Source of the DNA: a bacterium
GTDB taxonomy: Bacteria; SAR324; NAC60-12
Assembly (NCBI GenBank): GCA_965209155.1
Contig: OZ242383.1
Coordinates: 672,001-736,000 of the forward strand
Direction of reading: 5' to 3'
Length of the DNA stretch: 64,000 bases
Below, piece by piece: positions 52,714-63,650 of the stretch. Every line of letters starts with the position of its first letter. Position 1 is the stretch's first letter. Below the pieces are notes generated by a model that was given only the letters and a program-made list of their open reading frames with translations, was not told the origin of the DNA and did no database searches. A program made the position numbers and the translations under genes.

Positions 52714-55700
52714 TTATCCCGAGAGCGCCCATGCTTCGGAGAGAAGCTCCGCCTGTTCCAAGACGGTCTGCGTTGCTTTCTCTTCTTTATCCGGCGGGTA
52801 TTTGTACTTACGTAAAATGCGTTTGACCAAGACGCGAAGATGCGCGCGCACGTTTTCGCGTAGTGTCCAGTCGATGGTCACGTTGCATCGCACTTTCTCG
52901 ACGAGTTCCCGCGCGATCGTCCGCAGGGTCTCGTCACCCAGCACTTTTACCGCGCTGTCGTTGGTCTCCAAGGCGTCGTAGAAGGCCAGTTCGTCTTCTC
53001 CAAGACCCAGTTTCTCGCCACGCTGGTTGGCTTCGCGCATATCCTTCGCAATGCGTATCAGTTCCTCGATGACCTGGGCTGCCTCGACCGCGCGATTCTG
53101 GTAACGTCGCAGCGCCTGTTCCAGCATTTCCGCGAAAGAGCGCGCTTGTACCACGTTTTTGCGGCGACGGGTGGCGAGTTCACCCTTCAGCAGTTTTTGC
53201 AACAGTTCAACGGCAAGGTTGCGCTGGGGCATGCCCCGCACTTCGGCCAGGAATTCGTCGGACAGTATGGCGATATCCGGTTTTTGCAATCCGGCTGCGG
53301 CAAAGACGTCGATCACCCCTTCCGGTGCCACTGCGCGTGAAATGATCTGGCGCACCACGTGGTCGATTTCTTCTTCCGGCCGTACCTCGCCGGCAACTCG
53401 CTTGACCAATACCGAGCGGACGGCTTGGAAGAAGGCCAGCTCGTCCCGGATACGCAGCGCGTCTTCATGCGGCACGGCGAGCGCGAAGGCTTTGGAGAGA
53501 TTGCGAACCGATAGCAGGTAACGCTCCTTGCCATTCTCCTGTTTGAGGATATGTTCCTGCGCACCCGGCAGCAGACTCAAGCGTTCCGCTGGCGCACCGG
53601 AGGCCCACCCGGAGTGGTCGAAACCATGGAACAGGCCGCTACAGATCTCGTAATTTTCGAGCATCGCCATCACCGCCTCCGTTTGGTCGAGCACGGTGCG
53701 TCCCATGCCGCCGCTTTCGGTGTAGGTCACCAGCGCGCTTTTTAATTCATGCGCAAGACCGAGGTAATCCACCACGAGACCGCCGGGTTTGTCCCTGAAC
53801 ACGCGATTGACGCGGGCGATTGCCTGCATCAGCCCGTGACCGCGCATCGGTTTGTCGATATACATGGTGTGCAGGCTCGGCGCATCAAACCCGGTGAGCC
53901 ACATGTCACGCACCAGCACGATACGCAGCGGGTCGTCGACGTCACGGAATCGATTCGCCAATGCTTCCCGCCGGGGCTTGTTGCGAATATGCGCTTGCCA
54001 GTGGGATGGGTCCGCCGCGGAACCGGTCATCACGACCTTGAGAATTCCCTTGCCATCGTCTTCGTGGTGCCAGTCGGGACGCAATCGCACGAGTTCGCCA
54101 TAGAGATCGACGCAGATACGACGGCTCATGCAGACGACCATCGCCTTACCATCAAGCGCTTCCAGGCGTTGTCCGAAATGAGTGACGACGTCCCGGGCAA
54201 CCAGTTTGAGCCGCTTTTCCGCACCGACAATGGCCTCGAGTTGCGCCCACTTGGTTTTGAGCTTTTCTTTGCGTTCGACCTCCTCGCCCTCGGTGGCCTC
54301 CTCGAATTCGGGGTCGATGCTCGCTTTCTCACCTTCGTCGAGCGCCAACCTGGCCAATCGGCTTTCGTAATAGATCGGAACCGTCGCCTTATCCTCGACG
54401 GCGCGTTGAACGTCGTAAATACTGATGTAATCGCCGAATACGGCGCGAGTGTTGGCATCCTGGAGTTCGACCGGCGTGCCGGTGAAACCCACGAAGGAGG
54501 CATTGGGCAGGGCGTCGCGCATGTGACGCGCGTACCCGTCGAGAAAGTCGTACTGGCTGCGGTGCGCTTCGTCTGCGATGACTACGATGTTGCGCCGTTT
54601 CGAGAGCAGGGATTGCCGGTCGTCCTTCCCGTTGCTGCCTTTCCTTCCGGGAAGGGGTCGGGATGAGGGTGCCGTCAGAGGCGCTAAGAACTTCTGGATG
54701 GTGGTAAAAATCACGCCACCCGATTCGACCGCCAGTTTGGCACGCAAGCCGGCACGGCTTTCGGCCTGCACCGGTGGTTGGCGAAGCAGGTCATGACAAC
54801 GGTTGAAGGTATTGTAGAGTTGGTGGTCGAGGTCGTTGCGGTCGGTCAACACGACCACGGTCGGGTTGGCCATTGCCGGTTCGCGGATGATGCGCCCGGC
54901 ATAAAAAGCCATGGTCAGGCTCTTTCCCGAACCCTGGGTGTGCCAGACCACGCCGATGCGCTGGTCGCCGGGAAATCCTCCGGGTTGGCGTCCCGATTCA
55001 TAACGGCCGATTTCGGAGACTTGTTCGACCGGATGTTGCAACTCGGCAGCGCGCAGGGTCTCGGCGACTGCCACCTCGACTGCATGAAACTGGTGGTAGC
55101 CTGCCATCTTTTTGACCAGCATTCCACTCTCGTCCTCGTCGAACACGACAAAATCACGAAGCAGTGAAAGGAAGCGGCGCGGCTCGCAAATACCTTCCAG
55201 CATCACCTGCAATTGGGGCAGGTGAGCAGCAGCCAGCGTCTCACCCGATATGGTACGCCAGGGTTTGAACCATTCCCGCCCCGCGGTGAGCGTGCCGACC
55301 CGCGCCTCCACTCCGTCCGAGACCACCAGGGCCGCATTCATGGCAAACAGCGAGGGCAATTCGGCTTTGTAGGTCTGGAGTTGCTGCCAAGCGGTCCAGA
55401 TCGTCGCCTCCTCGTCTGCCGGGTTCTTCAGTTCAACCAGGCACAGGGGCAAGCCGTTGACAAACAGCACCAGGTCGAGACGGCGTTCGTGTTTGTTTTC
55501 GACCAGAGTGAACTGGTTGACTGCCAGCCAGTCGTTGTTGCCGGGATTGTCGAAGTCGACCACGCGAACCTGCGCCCCCCGGATTCCCCCGTTGTCGACG
55601 CGGAATTCGACCGTGACCCCATCCAAGAACATCCTGTGGAACGAACGATTGCGGATTTCCAGCGATGCTCCTTCCACGCGAGTCAGCTTGCGGAAAGCAT

Positions 55701-55905
55701 CGTCCCGCGCCGCGCTCGGAATATCCGGATTGAGCCGGGCCAGCGCATCGCGCAGACGTCTTTCCAGCAGCACCTGCCCATAGTCGAAACGTTCAGCAGT
55801 GACGCTGCCGGGGGCGAGGTCGACTCCCCGAACAATCTTCCAACCCAGTCTCTCGAGCCAACCGAGCGCGCTCTGTTCCACGTCGGATTCGGTGATGGTG
55901 GTCAT
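52714..55905 (-). CDS. hsdR: Type I restriction endonuclease subunit R
   Basis: [16 protein letters not shown] nuclease motif, [36 protein letters not shown]. Confidence 0.97.
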   Translation of the reverse strand: MTTITESDVEQSALGWLERLGWKIVRGVDLAPGSVTAERFDYGQVLLERRLRDALARLNPDIPSAARDDAFRKLTRVEGASLEIRNRSFHRMFLDGVTVEFRVDNGGIRGAQVRVVDFDNPGNNDWLAVNQFTLVENKHERRLDLVLFVNGLPLCLVELKNPADEEATIWTAWQQLQTYKAELPSLFAMNAALVVSDGVEARVGTLTAGREWFKPWRTISGETLAAAHLPQLQVMLEGICEPRRFLSLLRDFVVFDEDESGMLVKKMAGYHQFHAVEVAVAETLRAAELQHPVEQVSEIGRYESGRQPGGFPGDQRIGVVWHTQGSGKSLTMAFYAGRIIREPAMANPTVVVLTDRNDLDHQLYNTFNRCHDLLRQPPVQAESRAGLRAKLAVESGGVIFTTIQKFLAPLTAPSSRPLPGRKGSNGKDDRQSLLSKRRNIVVIADEAHRSQYDFLDGYARHMRDALPNASFVGFTGTPVELQDANTRAVFGDYISIYDVQRAVEDKATVPIYYESRLARLALDEGEKASIDPEFEEATEGEEVERKEKLKTKWAQLEAIVGAEKRLKLVARDVVTHFGQRLEALDGKAMVVCMSRRICVDLYGELVRLRPDWHHEDDGKGILKVVMTGSAADPSHWQAHIRNKPRREALANRFRDVDDPLRIVLVRDMWLTGFDAPSLHTMYIDKPMRGHGLMQAIARVNRVFRDKPGGLVVDYLGLAHELKSALVTYTESGGMGRTVLDQTEAVMAMLENYEICSGLFHGFDHSGWASGAPAERLSLLPGAQEHILKQENGKERYLLSVRNLSKAFALAVPHEDALRIRDELAFFQAVRSVLVKRVAGEVRPEEEIDHVVRQIISRAVAPEGVIDVFAAAGLQKPDIAILSDEFLAEVRGMPQRNLAVELLQKLLKGELATRRRKNVVQARSFAEMLEQALRRYQNRAVEAAQVIEELIRIAKDMREANQRGEKLGLGEDELAFYDALETNDSAVKVLGDETLRTIARELVEKVRCNVTIDWTLRENVRAHLRVLVKRILRKYKYPPDKEEKATQTVLEQAELLSEAWALSG

Positions 55906-56034
55906 GGGAATGTTCCGTTGCTCATGCCGCGAGTTCCTCCCGCACCTCCTCCCGCTTGCTCCACATCACGGGTCTCACATTGTAGTTTTGTAGCGCGTCC
56001 ATTATGACCTGCGATACCTCCTGTTCCGAATCAT

Positions 56035-56469
56035 TCAGTAGCGCATACGCGCGCAGTAAAACAGGTTCGCTATCACAGGCACTGCCAGGTAGAACATGTC
56101 ATTAACGGCAAGCATTGCATGTACCAGATTATGTTTGCGTGATGCAAAACTCTCCGCCGAAGCATGGACTTGCAACGCATCGCCATCCTTCTTCACACCG
56201 AAACCATTGAGAGTCATTTGGAGAAGTTCTTGCCGCTTGTGGCTGTCGAGCTCGCAGCCGCTTTGCTTCAGATCTTCTATAATGCACCCATCGTCCGTCA
56301 ACAAGAACTCCCCATCTGTCTTCTTTTTTACATAAATTTGCAAATAGTCGTTGTGGCGATCGAGATAGGGTGTTGTGATTTCGACCCATTTGTCCATTTG
56401 ATGCCATACTGTCTTGTCCTTGAGCCAGTCGTGATAGGCATCAATCAGATTTTGTATATCCTGAATCAT
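56035..56469 (-). pseudogene. DUF1828-type protein, apparently C-terminally truncated
   Basis: [17 protein letters not shown] and LTDDG motifs; ends shortly after LAVNDMFY, where family members as I recall them continue into a DUF1829 domain. Confidence 0.6.
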
Positions 56470-56798
56470 ATGAAAAGTCCCGGATCAATGTCAGGCGGTT
56501 TCGTGATGTTGCAGAACTGCAGGAAGTCTTCAAACGACATCCAAACATCGTCGGTTGTGCGGAACTTATTTGCAGGAACAGGTATAGCCCACTTGTCACC
56601 ATAGCCTTCGCGGTAAATGTGAAGGTGTGGTACAGGCACATCTTTACCATAGAACTGCTCTCGCTTGTCAGCGGACTGAAGCGGCAGGACCTTGGATTCA
56701 CCCCCCATCGGGAAGTCTGTCCGTTCATCTGTTAACCGATGTTTTTCCATCGCGATTAAAGCGTCTGCTTCTGCTTGGGTGAGATTAATATCTGCCAC
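56466..56798 (-). CDS. DUF6978-type protein (usual DUF1828 partner), probably internally deleted
   Basis: [36 protein letters not shown] motifs; ATGA overlap with the next gene; the HRNPD-containing middle is absent. Confidence 0.6.
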   Translation of the reverse strand: MADINLTQAEADALIAMEKHRLTDERTDFPMGGESKVLPLQSADKREQFYGKDVPVPHLHIYREGYGDKWAIPVPANKFRTTDDVWMSFEDFLQFCNITKPPDIDPGLFI

Positions 56799-57025
56799 CA
56801 GTCCTCTATAGGCGTTTTACCAGCCGTTTTGGATCGCTTGAATTACTCCTTCATCAGTCCTTCAAAAAGGGTCTGGAACCCAACGACTACATATTTTAAG
56901 AAATTTCCAACAACTATTCAAGAAAATCAATGGATTATAAATTCACATAACAATGTTTGCACTATCCCCCTTGTTCCCACTATCTAAGAAAAGACATTAT
57001 TGCCATCTTCGAGTTGTATGAGTAT

Positions 57026-58756
57026 TCAAAAATTCATTAAGGTCTTATTAAACGGAGTGAGGCCGGCAATAAATTGCTTCAGTTTATCAAGGCATTGATT
57101 GCACTCTTGGGTATTTTTTCCGAAGATTCCGTATTGTACGAAAGGTGACTTATCTTGCAACAGTGATATGGAATTCTCTATCTCCTGAAAGATTTTCCCT
57201 AAATTCTGGAATTGGTACGCAAATCTGCCCACTGAGGACCAACCACAAGCATACGTACAATTGAGTGCCAGTAAAATCTCGAGCTTGTCGAAGATCAACG
57301 TGTACCGGTCGTCATTCGGAATCAGTTGCGATGTATATTGTTTTAACTCTTTGTGCAAACGATTATTAAGGAATATTTCATTCTCCGTGAATTCAGCTCG
57401 CAATTCAGAGTACAAACGACTCGGCGAAAGAAACTCAACTGCGAAACGATCCACACTATTTTGTTGACGGATTGGAGTGAGAAAAAGCTCTCTCAGAAAT
57501 TCAAATCGATCTTTCGCGACTGCCCCGAGACCCAAGGAGTAAAGCAAGAGAGTTCCCGGATATTGTTGTAAAGCAAGCCATGACGGATATCCTCCGCTGT
57601 GGTTCCTTTCACTGAGACGAATAAGGGCATCTTGCCAAATTCGATATTGATCTTGCTTCACCCAGTAACCTCCGACTGCTGCCATCGCCAGCAGAGTTGA
57701 AGAGTTTGCTTCGTAGGCAAGCATCCGCTCCGTTAAAGATTCCTTCGTTGGACGTCCTGATACTGAAAATGCTTCACCAGACGTTGATTCAACCACACGA
57801 TTTGTAGTTTCAAAGACCAGATCGGTTAGCTGTATGTGATATCGAGGTTCGGAGAGATAACGTTTAAGATTCGCGACAGCAACTTCTGTCGTTAACGGAT
57901 GTGGCTTTGAAAATTTTTCCAAAGCTTCGACGAATCCATGGACGGTTTGAAAAAATGTGTCAGCGTCTTCAATTGAAATCACCTGGGCATCACGATGATC
58001 AACCAGTCGTCGCGCTTCATCACTGAGTTCACCCCTTGCCGTCCAATAGGTCGTAAAGCGTCGTGAAGGAGTCCGGAAGATTGCCTCACGCAACGCGCTG
58101 TCCCACTCAGCGGACCAACCGCATACGATGAGACCGAACTCATCGAAAATGCGATCAAGAAGTCGGTTGAACTCACAGGGATAGGTTGCAAGTTCATTGG
58201 TCGTATTTAAAATACGGGAGTCGAGATAGTCCCCATGAATTTTGAATACGCAGCATTCTGTGTGGATAAGTGGAAGCATACCCTGAACATGGTCAGGTGA
58301 ACTTATAACCTTTGGTACAATACCTTGCTCCCTCAATGCGCTTTCAATCAGGCGGTCGAAATTCGTTGTAATAATGACCTTGACAAATCCTCGTTCAACC
58401 AGTGTTGCAATGGCATGGTGTGCCGCAGTGGGTTGTTTTTTTCCCTCCTCACGTTCTTGTTCATTCGGCTCCCAATAGGAACGCAATAGTTGTTGTCGCT
58501 CAACCGCTGTTTTAGCGAGGTTTTCAAGAATCTCGGAATAGTCGGGTTCCTTTCCGAATTTCTCCTGATACCAACTCTCTGGTTCAGAGACAACTGTCTC
58601 ACCTTGCAGAACTGCAACTTTTTGAATCAAGTCAAGCGTAATCTCCCAACCTGTCAGAATACCCGCTGAACGAGACACACCGGATCCAAGCAAGACAGCG
58701 TAAATGCCACGATTGGATTGGAGTGAAAACGCTAAAGATTGAATAGGGTCAATCAT
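57026..58756 (-). CDS. SIR2-domain protein (putative NADase defence effector)
   Basis: LLGSGVSRSAGI, ITTNFDRLIE, KIHGD, VCGWS..WD motifs, plus an unassigned ~300-aa C-terminal region. Confidence 0.88.
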   Translation of the reverse strand: MIDPIQSLAFSLQSNRGIYAVLLGSGVSRSAGILTGWEITLDLIQKVAVLQGETVVSEPESWYQEKFGKEPDYSEILENLAKTAVERQQLLRSYWEPNEQEREEGKKQPTAAHHAIATLVERGFVKVIITTNFDRLIESALREQGIVPKVISSPDHVQGMLPLIHTECCVFKIHGDYLDSRILNTTNELATYPCEFNRLLDRIFDEFGLIVCGWSAEWDSALREAIFRTPSRRFTTYWTARGELSDEARRLVDHRDAQVISIEDADTFFQTVHGFVEALEKFSKPHPLTTEVAVANLKRYLSEPRYHIQLTDLVFETTNRVVESTSGEAFSVSGRPTKESLTERMLAYEANSSTLLAMAAVGGYWVKQDQYRIWQDALIRLSERNHSGGYPSWLALQQYPGTLLLYSLGLGAVAKDRFEFLRELFLTPIRQQNSVDRFAVEFLSPSRLYSELRAEFTENEIFLNNRLHKELKQYTSQLIPNDDRYTLIFDKLEILLALNCTYACGWSSVGRFAYQFQNLGKIFQEIENSISLLQDKSPFVQYGIFGKNTQECNQCLDKLKQFIAGLTPFNKTLMNF

Positions 58757-58836
58757 ATGGTTACCCTTTTTCTGTGGATGTTGTGGCAGTTCACTCCATA
58801 GTCACCCATAGTAAGTGCTATGCGGTTTCCCTCTTT

Positions 58837-59862
58837 CTAAGTGATGAGGATGTCTTTTTTTGGACCTTCTCCAATCAACGCCTGGATTCTGTTTTTCAAA
58901 TCACGACACAGGTCGGCGGGGTTTTCCCAAACGATGTGATAATATTGCCTCGTGTCAAAGTGAAGTTTGTCTACCTTATCTTTTCTGCATGTATAAATCA
59001 CGGGAAGCCTTAGTCCATATGCGAATCCCGCCTCAAAGTAGACGCCACCTCTTGCACCGTCGTCGCCTTGCGTAAAATCAGCCACCAGGAATCGAGAGCG
59101 TCGAATCTCAGCGATAATCTCATCATCGATTTTGTTGACATCCGGTTTCTTATCAATTCTCATTGGCGTGTAACCGGCTGACTCCACCGCATTCTTTATT
59201 CCTGCCTCGTAGGCAATCGTCATCTCTTCATCAAACCACATGGCGACAAATGCCTGAGCCGGATTGACAGTTGTAATCGAATCGTTGATGTGTCTGTATC
59301 CATCGATTGACACGCAAATTCCAATTTCGGCACCATAACTATTTGTTGTGATCCAGCCTTGTTTTTTCAAGTATGTGGTCAGGAAAAATACTTCTCTCAA
59401 TTCTGTTGATTCGGACCAAGCCATTGCCCTCCACATTTTCATGGCAAAGACATCATCTAACTCCGTTGATTTAACCCAAGGCATTCGCTTCGATATATCG
59501 TGATTATTATAGCTAATTCTTACTTCGTCACCTACAATCGTCGAGCAATCCACATAATATTTGAGAAGTCTGTCTGCGCGTTCGTGAACGGGCAGAGACG
59601 GACTGGATTTTGCGTCCTCTATCAATTTGGGTGTTACTTCCGGAATCTCCAATCCACGCTCTCTTTGATTAACGAGCAGGGTTGTCAGACGCGCCCTCGA
59701 CGAATCGTCCAAAGCATTTAAAATCTCCTTTGCAGTGTTGGTAATCGTGTAACATCCACCGGCTCTTGCAGACTCTACGCGAATACTGTTGTCCGAGTCG
59801 TCAATGGTGGCGATATAATCTGGCCAAATCGGACAATTTTTCTGTGGTTCAGTCACCTTCAT
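58837..59862 (-). CDS. Protein with C-terminal nucleoside-2-deoxyribosyltransferase/TIR-like domain
   Basis: QAFVAMWF, RID..KIDDEI..EIRRSRFLVADFT, GVYFEAGFAYG, HFDTRQY motifs. Confidence 0.8.
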   Translation of the reverse strand: MKVTEPQKNCPIWPDYIATIDDSDNSIRVESARAGGCYTITNTAKEILNALDDSSRARLTTLLVNQRERGLEIPEVTPKLIEDAKSSPSLPVHERADRLLKYYVDCSTIVGDEVRISYNNHDISKRMPWVKSTELDDVFAMKMWRAMAWSESTELREVFFLTTYLKKQGWITTNSYGAEIGICVSIDGYRHINDSITTVNPAQAFVAMWFDEEMTIAYEAGIKNAVESAGYTPMRIDKKPDVNKIDDEIIAEIRRSRFLVADFTQGDDGARGGVYFEAGFAYGLRLPVIYTCRKDKVDKLHFDTRQYYHIVWENPADLCRDLKNRIQALIGEGPKKDILIT

Positions 59863-59870
59863 TCCTTTAC

Positions 59871-62800
59871 TTATGGTTCGTTTTTATATGCGGCGATAAT
59901 TTGCTGGGCTTCGAGACTGTATTGTTCGGATATTTTCCTCAGTGTTGCTGCAAGACGTTGAAATCCTGCGTTCTCTATTTGCTCTGCTTTCTGTTTAAAC
60001 TGCTCAGCGAGTTTCAATTCTGGCTTGCCCGCAGGGTCAACAAAGTGCGCACCCCTTGAATTGAAGATTCCTGTGTTGTAACCTTCCCTCATTATCTCAG
60101 CACTTTTGTCGTTCAGTGCGCATGCGACGGAATGGTGAATCCACAGTCCACCGGGATCAGGTGGAGAGTGGATGAGCCCCTGTCCTATCTGGGAAAGGGC
60201 GACCTCGAGATGCCCGGAATCATGGCAAGACTGTTTGACTTGCGCGAGCCACTGTTGGAAATCATCGGGTAAAAATGTGCCATCATTCTGCGTACCTGGC
60301 GTTGTTTTCCATATATTTAATAATCTCCTTGCGTTCGAAATCATGGCATTATCCTGCTCGCTGAGTTTTTTCCTGGCTCTTGTTTCCTTTGTTGAACGAT
60401 ACACCCGTCGAATCACTTCACAGAAAAAAACAGGGTCCGAAGCGAGTTTATTTTCTAATGTCTTGGGAAAAAACCTAGGTTTCCTATTCAGCAAGGACAG
60501 ATACGCCGACTCAATTCTGAATAATTCCTCCGGATCAGTTTCAGGATCATTTTGCAATGATTTTATAAGTTCAATGATATTATACGTGTTCATCGAGTCG
60601 AATGGCTCCGTCGAAGAGGCAGCAGCAAGCAGCGAAGTAACCACTCGTCTCTTATCAAGCAACTGTCCTTTTTGGAGCATCCTGTAGAGACTTGTGATGG
60701 TCGCTCTGGGTTGTCCATGCTCAACCAACTTGTCTATAGCAAAGCTTATATCGTCATCTGAATCATATGGCCGAACCTTATCCCAGTATTCTCTTTCATT
60801 TTCACCCAACCAATTTGTTGCCCGGTTCCAAGCCTCCTTTGTAAAAGGTAGCCAGCTCAGAAACTGACCAACCTGTGAAGCCGACCAGTGAGATCTATCC
60901 AGCCCATCAGCCCATTTCCAGCCATTTTTATATTGACGACTCCATATAAATGCTCTTACAAACTCTACAAGTTTCCTATTGTCCGTTTCTAAAAATGCGG
61001 GCAGTATATGTTCGTCATATTCTGATTTTGCGATCGCTCCTAGTGAATTTCCGACACACCAAGGTTGTTCAACAGTGTCTGCGAACTGAATGACCGCGTC
61101 TATCTCACCATAAGATATTATCTCCTTTACCGCTGTCTGCCGCTGTTCCTCCCAATCTCCGGTTTCCTCATAGAATGGATTATAATTACCGAATATCAGA
61201 CGGTGCCGGTTCCAAGGTTTTTGTGGAGCCAGTTTGGCAGTGATACTTTCAATCCTGGAAATTTTCTCCTCCGGCAAAGCCCACTTTGCATCGGGAAATT
61301 CCCTGTGCGTATGTGTGATCTTGACCAATTTAGTCCAGAAGCCCATTCGCTGTTCTTCGGGTCGATTGGTTATCGCTTCCGATGACAGATGTTCCAGAGC
61401 TTGACTGAAGGCAGGCTCAGGCAAATCGTCCAAATGGTCAACCAGGCATTCTAATTTCTCAATATCAATACTTGCCATTTCAACTGCCTGCTCAGCGCAA
61501 AAGACAACCTGCTCCCAATACTCCTTGTCGCTCACACCTTCTTTCCAATCATCAGGAATCGTGTCGCGCCAAACAGGTTTATGAGTCGAACTAGATGACT
61601 CAGTCTGATTTGGGAGTAAAGTCAGAAGCACCTTCCAGGCAACCTTTGGTACCTGCTCTTGAAGGGTTTTTAATGCGGCCTTTCGTTTCTCGAGAGAAGC
61701 GGTGGTCCGCGGAAGCCACGGAAGTAATATTCTGGTGAGTGAATCAACAGGTCCATCGGCCTTATTACCCCCAGGGGCACGAGCGGCCAGTTCAGCCAGG
61801 GTCACACACGCTTGAACGAAGAACTCCTCATCCCAGGCCAGCGTTTCCAAGGCCCAAAGCAAACCTGTTGTGTAATTGCCACCAAAGACACCAACATTTT
61901 CCTGGGCGAAAAGTTCGTCGAACGGACAAGGAGTCTGTTGTAACGCATTTTCAACTATTTTCAAAAACTCGCCAGGCGCTGCTTCGGCCAAGAGTGGAAG
62001 CAGATTGTCCAGACTGCCCCACAGTATCCAATCCGCATCAAACAGAATTTTCTTTACCACAAAAGTTGCCGTATATTCAGACTTTCCCATTGCACATGAT
62101 GTCAATGCCTTTGGATGACTACCAAGCAATGCCAATGTCTCTGCTAGTCCCTTACGCAACAGAGGTGAATGTGTCAGACTCGTTCCGTGTATGTTGGCTA
62201 GCCATTGTTCATTCGTATGCAGTTTAAACCGGGGGTCTGCTTCTGTGAGTACCGATATCACAATGTTTTTCAGTTTGTCTAAATGTTGATCCGAAAAAAT
62301 ATTGCCGAGCGCGTACCATCCCTCGTACCTTGATATAAATTTCCAACTACCTTCTCGACAAATTATGGGAGTACCTGGAGTTAGGGTGATCTTGCGTATC
62401 TTCTCGACCCACTCCTCGTATTCTTTTCCAGTGAGACTCTTGACAACAGCCCGGTCCGCTGCTGATCCATCCATCCACGAACCCAGTAGTGCAGCAGTCG
62501 CCAGTTCCGTCGAATCTGCATTCCTTGCCCAGTCTGGTAACAAGGGAAACCCTTGAAGAAGACGAAGCAAAGAACTGAGATCCCCATCGCACCTTTCGAC
62601 CAGTGTTTGCGCCCTTTGTTCCGGGTATCCAACGTCATTTAGTTCCTGCTTAAGTTTATGTTGACGCGGCGTGAAGAGCGAAACACTTGATGAATTAGCA
62701 GGACCGGCGTATGCCCCACCAACAACAATTGAATGTCCAGCGTTGCGTGCCTGTTGAATGGCCCTGTTGCCTGAATCACCACTCAGATCCAAAGCAGTGT

Positions 62801-63650
62801 CAGCAATCAAAATAAAGTTTCGCCACTGATTGCAGACAGCGCTCCATGCATCCGGGTCAGAAATAATGAGAGTACGGCCAGTAACATCTATACGGTGTTC
62901 TTCGTCGAGTGATGCAATATAAGCGCATACGAAATCAATTGCGTGATCGGGGAAGTGTGTGATTAGATTTAGTTGAGTGGACTTGCCATCAAACAATTCC
63001 AGGAGCTTTTGGCATGCTTCCTCTCGATTTACGAGAAACAGGGTGGGGGGTAAAGGAAACGGATTGCCAATGGACTTCAACAACTCCCAATGATTTTCTG
63101 GAATCTTAATTTGTTGTATATCCGGGCCATGAATCCTGCTTACAAGCCAGAGTTCTACAGCTGGAAACTGATGAACCCAGTCAATTAATATTGTTCCGTC
63201 AATAATTCGTACGTCCTTCCAGTCGTTTCTGTCACGATGCGTTTTAAGCCAGTCAGCTTGCGCTCCTTCTTTCCAGGTATATTCCCAATCTCTTCTACCG
63301 GATAGGGGTGTCACGAACACAAACGTGGACTCCATTCGAATCCTTTTCGGAACTGCGTTGGTAAGATGCTTGTAGTCTTCTGTAGCCTTATTACGAGCAT
63401 TCAGGCTACTCCCAATTTCCCAAAAGGAAGACCCTTCAGGAACGAAGGATTTAAACCCAAGATCTACGTGCAGTATGCCATCAGGGCCATGTTGTCCAAT
63501 ACTGTCTCCTAAGGGGAAACGTCGTTCCCTGGTCTTGGGACAAGACGCTGCAACAAGACGATAGACAAGTTCAACAATCAGAGTTTGCGCTTCTTGTGCG
63601 TTACCTCGTACCCAATTGTCTAATTGGTTTTCTGTAACTAAGACCATCAT
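59871..63650 (-). CDS. Large (~1260 aa) hypothetical protein; restriction-endonuclease-like N-terminus and long predicted helical region; in frame with the upstream hsdS
   Basis: GPDG..VPEG..FWEIG..KATEDY N-terminal motif; L/W/E-rich helical remainder; ATG ATG at 63650. Confidence 0.8.
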   Translation of the reverse strand: MMVLVTENQLDNWVRGNAQEAQTLIVELVYRLVAASCPKTRERRFPLGDSIGQHGPDGILHVDLGFKSFVPEGSSFWEIGSSLNARNKATEDYKHLTNAVPKRIRMESTFVFVTPLSGRRDWEYTWKEGAQADWLKTHRDRNDWKDVRIIDGTILIDWVHQFPAVELWLVSRIHGPDIQQIKIPENHWELLKSIGNPFPLPPTLFLVNREEACQKLLELFDGKSTQLNLITHFPDHAIDFVCAYIASLDEEHRIDVTGRTLIISDPDAWSAVCNQWRNFILIADTALDLSGDSGNRAIQQARNAGHSIVVGGAYAGPANSSSVSLFTPRQHKLKQELNDVGYPEQRAQTLVERCDGDLSSLLRLLQGFPLLPDWARNADSTELATAALLGSWMDGSAADRAVVKSLTGKEYEEWVEKIRKITLTPGTPIICREGSWKFISRYEGWYALGNIFSDQHLDKLKNIVISVLTEADPRFKLHTNEQWLANIHGTSLTHSPLLRKGLAETLALLGSHPKALTSCAMGKSEYTATFVVKKILFDADWILWGSLDNLLPLLAEAAPGEFLKIVENALQQTPCPFDELFAQENVGVFGGNYTTGLLWALETLAWDEEFFVQACVTLAELAARAPGGNKADGPVDSLTRILLPWLPRTTASLEKRKAALKTLQEQVPKVAWKVLLTLLPNQTESSSSTHKPVWRDTIPDDWKEGVSDKEYWEQVVFCAEQAVEMASIDIEKLECLVDHLDDLPEPAFSQALEHLSSEAITNRPEEQRMGFWTKLVKITHTHREFPDAKWALPEEKISRIESITAKLAPQKPWNRHRLIFGNYNPFYEETGDWEEQRQTAVKEIISYGEIDAVIQFADTVEQPWCVGNSLGAIAKSEYDEHILPAFLETDNRKLVEFVRAFIWSRQYKNGWKWADGLDRSHWSASQVGQFLSWLPFTKEAWNRATNWLGENEREYWDKVRPYDSDDDISFAIDKLVEHGQPRATITSLYRMLQKGQLLDKRRVVTSLLAAASSTEPFDSMNTYNIIELIKSLQNDPETDPEELFRIESAYLSLLNRKPRFFPKTLENKLASDPVFFCEVIRRVYRSTKETRARKKLSEQDNAMISNARRLLNIWKTTPGTQNDGTFLPDDFQQWLAQVKQSCHDSGHLEVALSQIGQGLIHSPPDPGGLWIHHSVACALNDKSAEIMREGYNTGIFNSRGAHFVDPAGKPELKLAEQFKQKAEQIENAGFQRLAATLRKISEQYSLEAQQIIAAYKNEP

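Noticed and set aside
57026..59862. Calling the SIR2 + TIR-like pair a canonical Thoeris or a retron
   Set aside because: I cannot recognise a SLOG/macro domain in the SIR2 protein, and there is no reverse transcriptase or msr-msd; kept only as an analogy.
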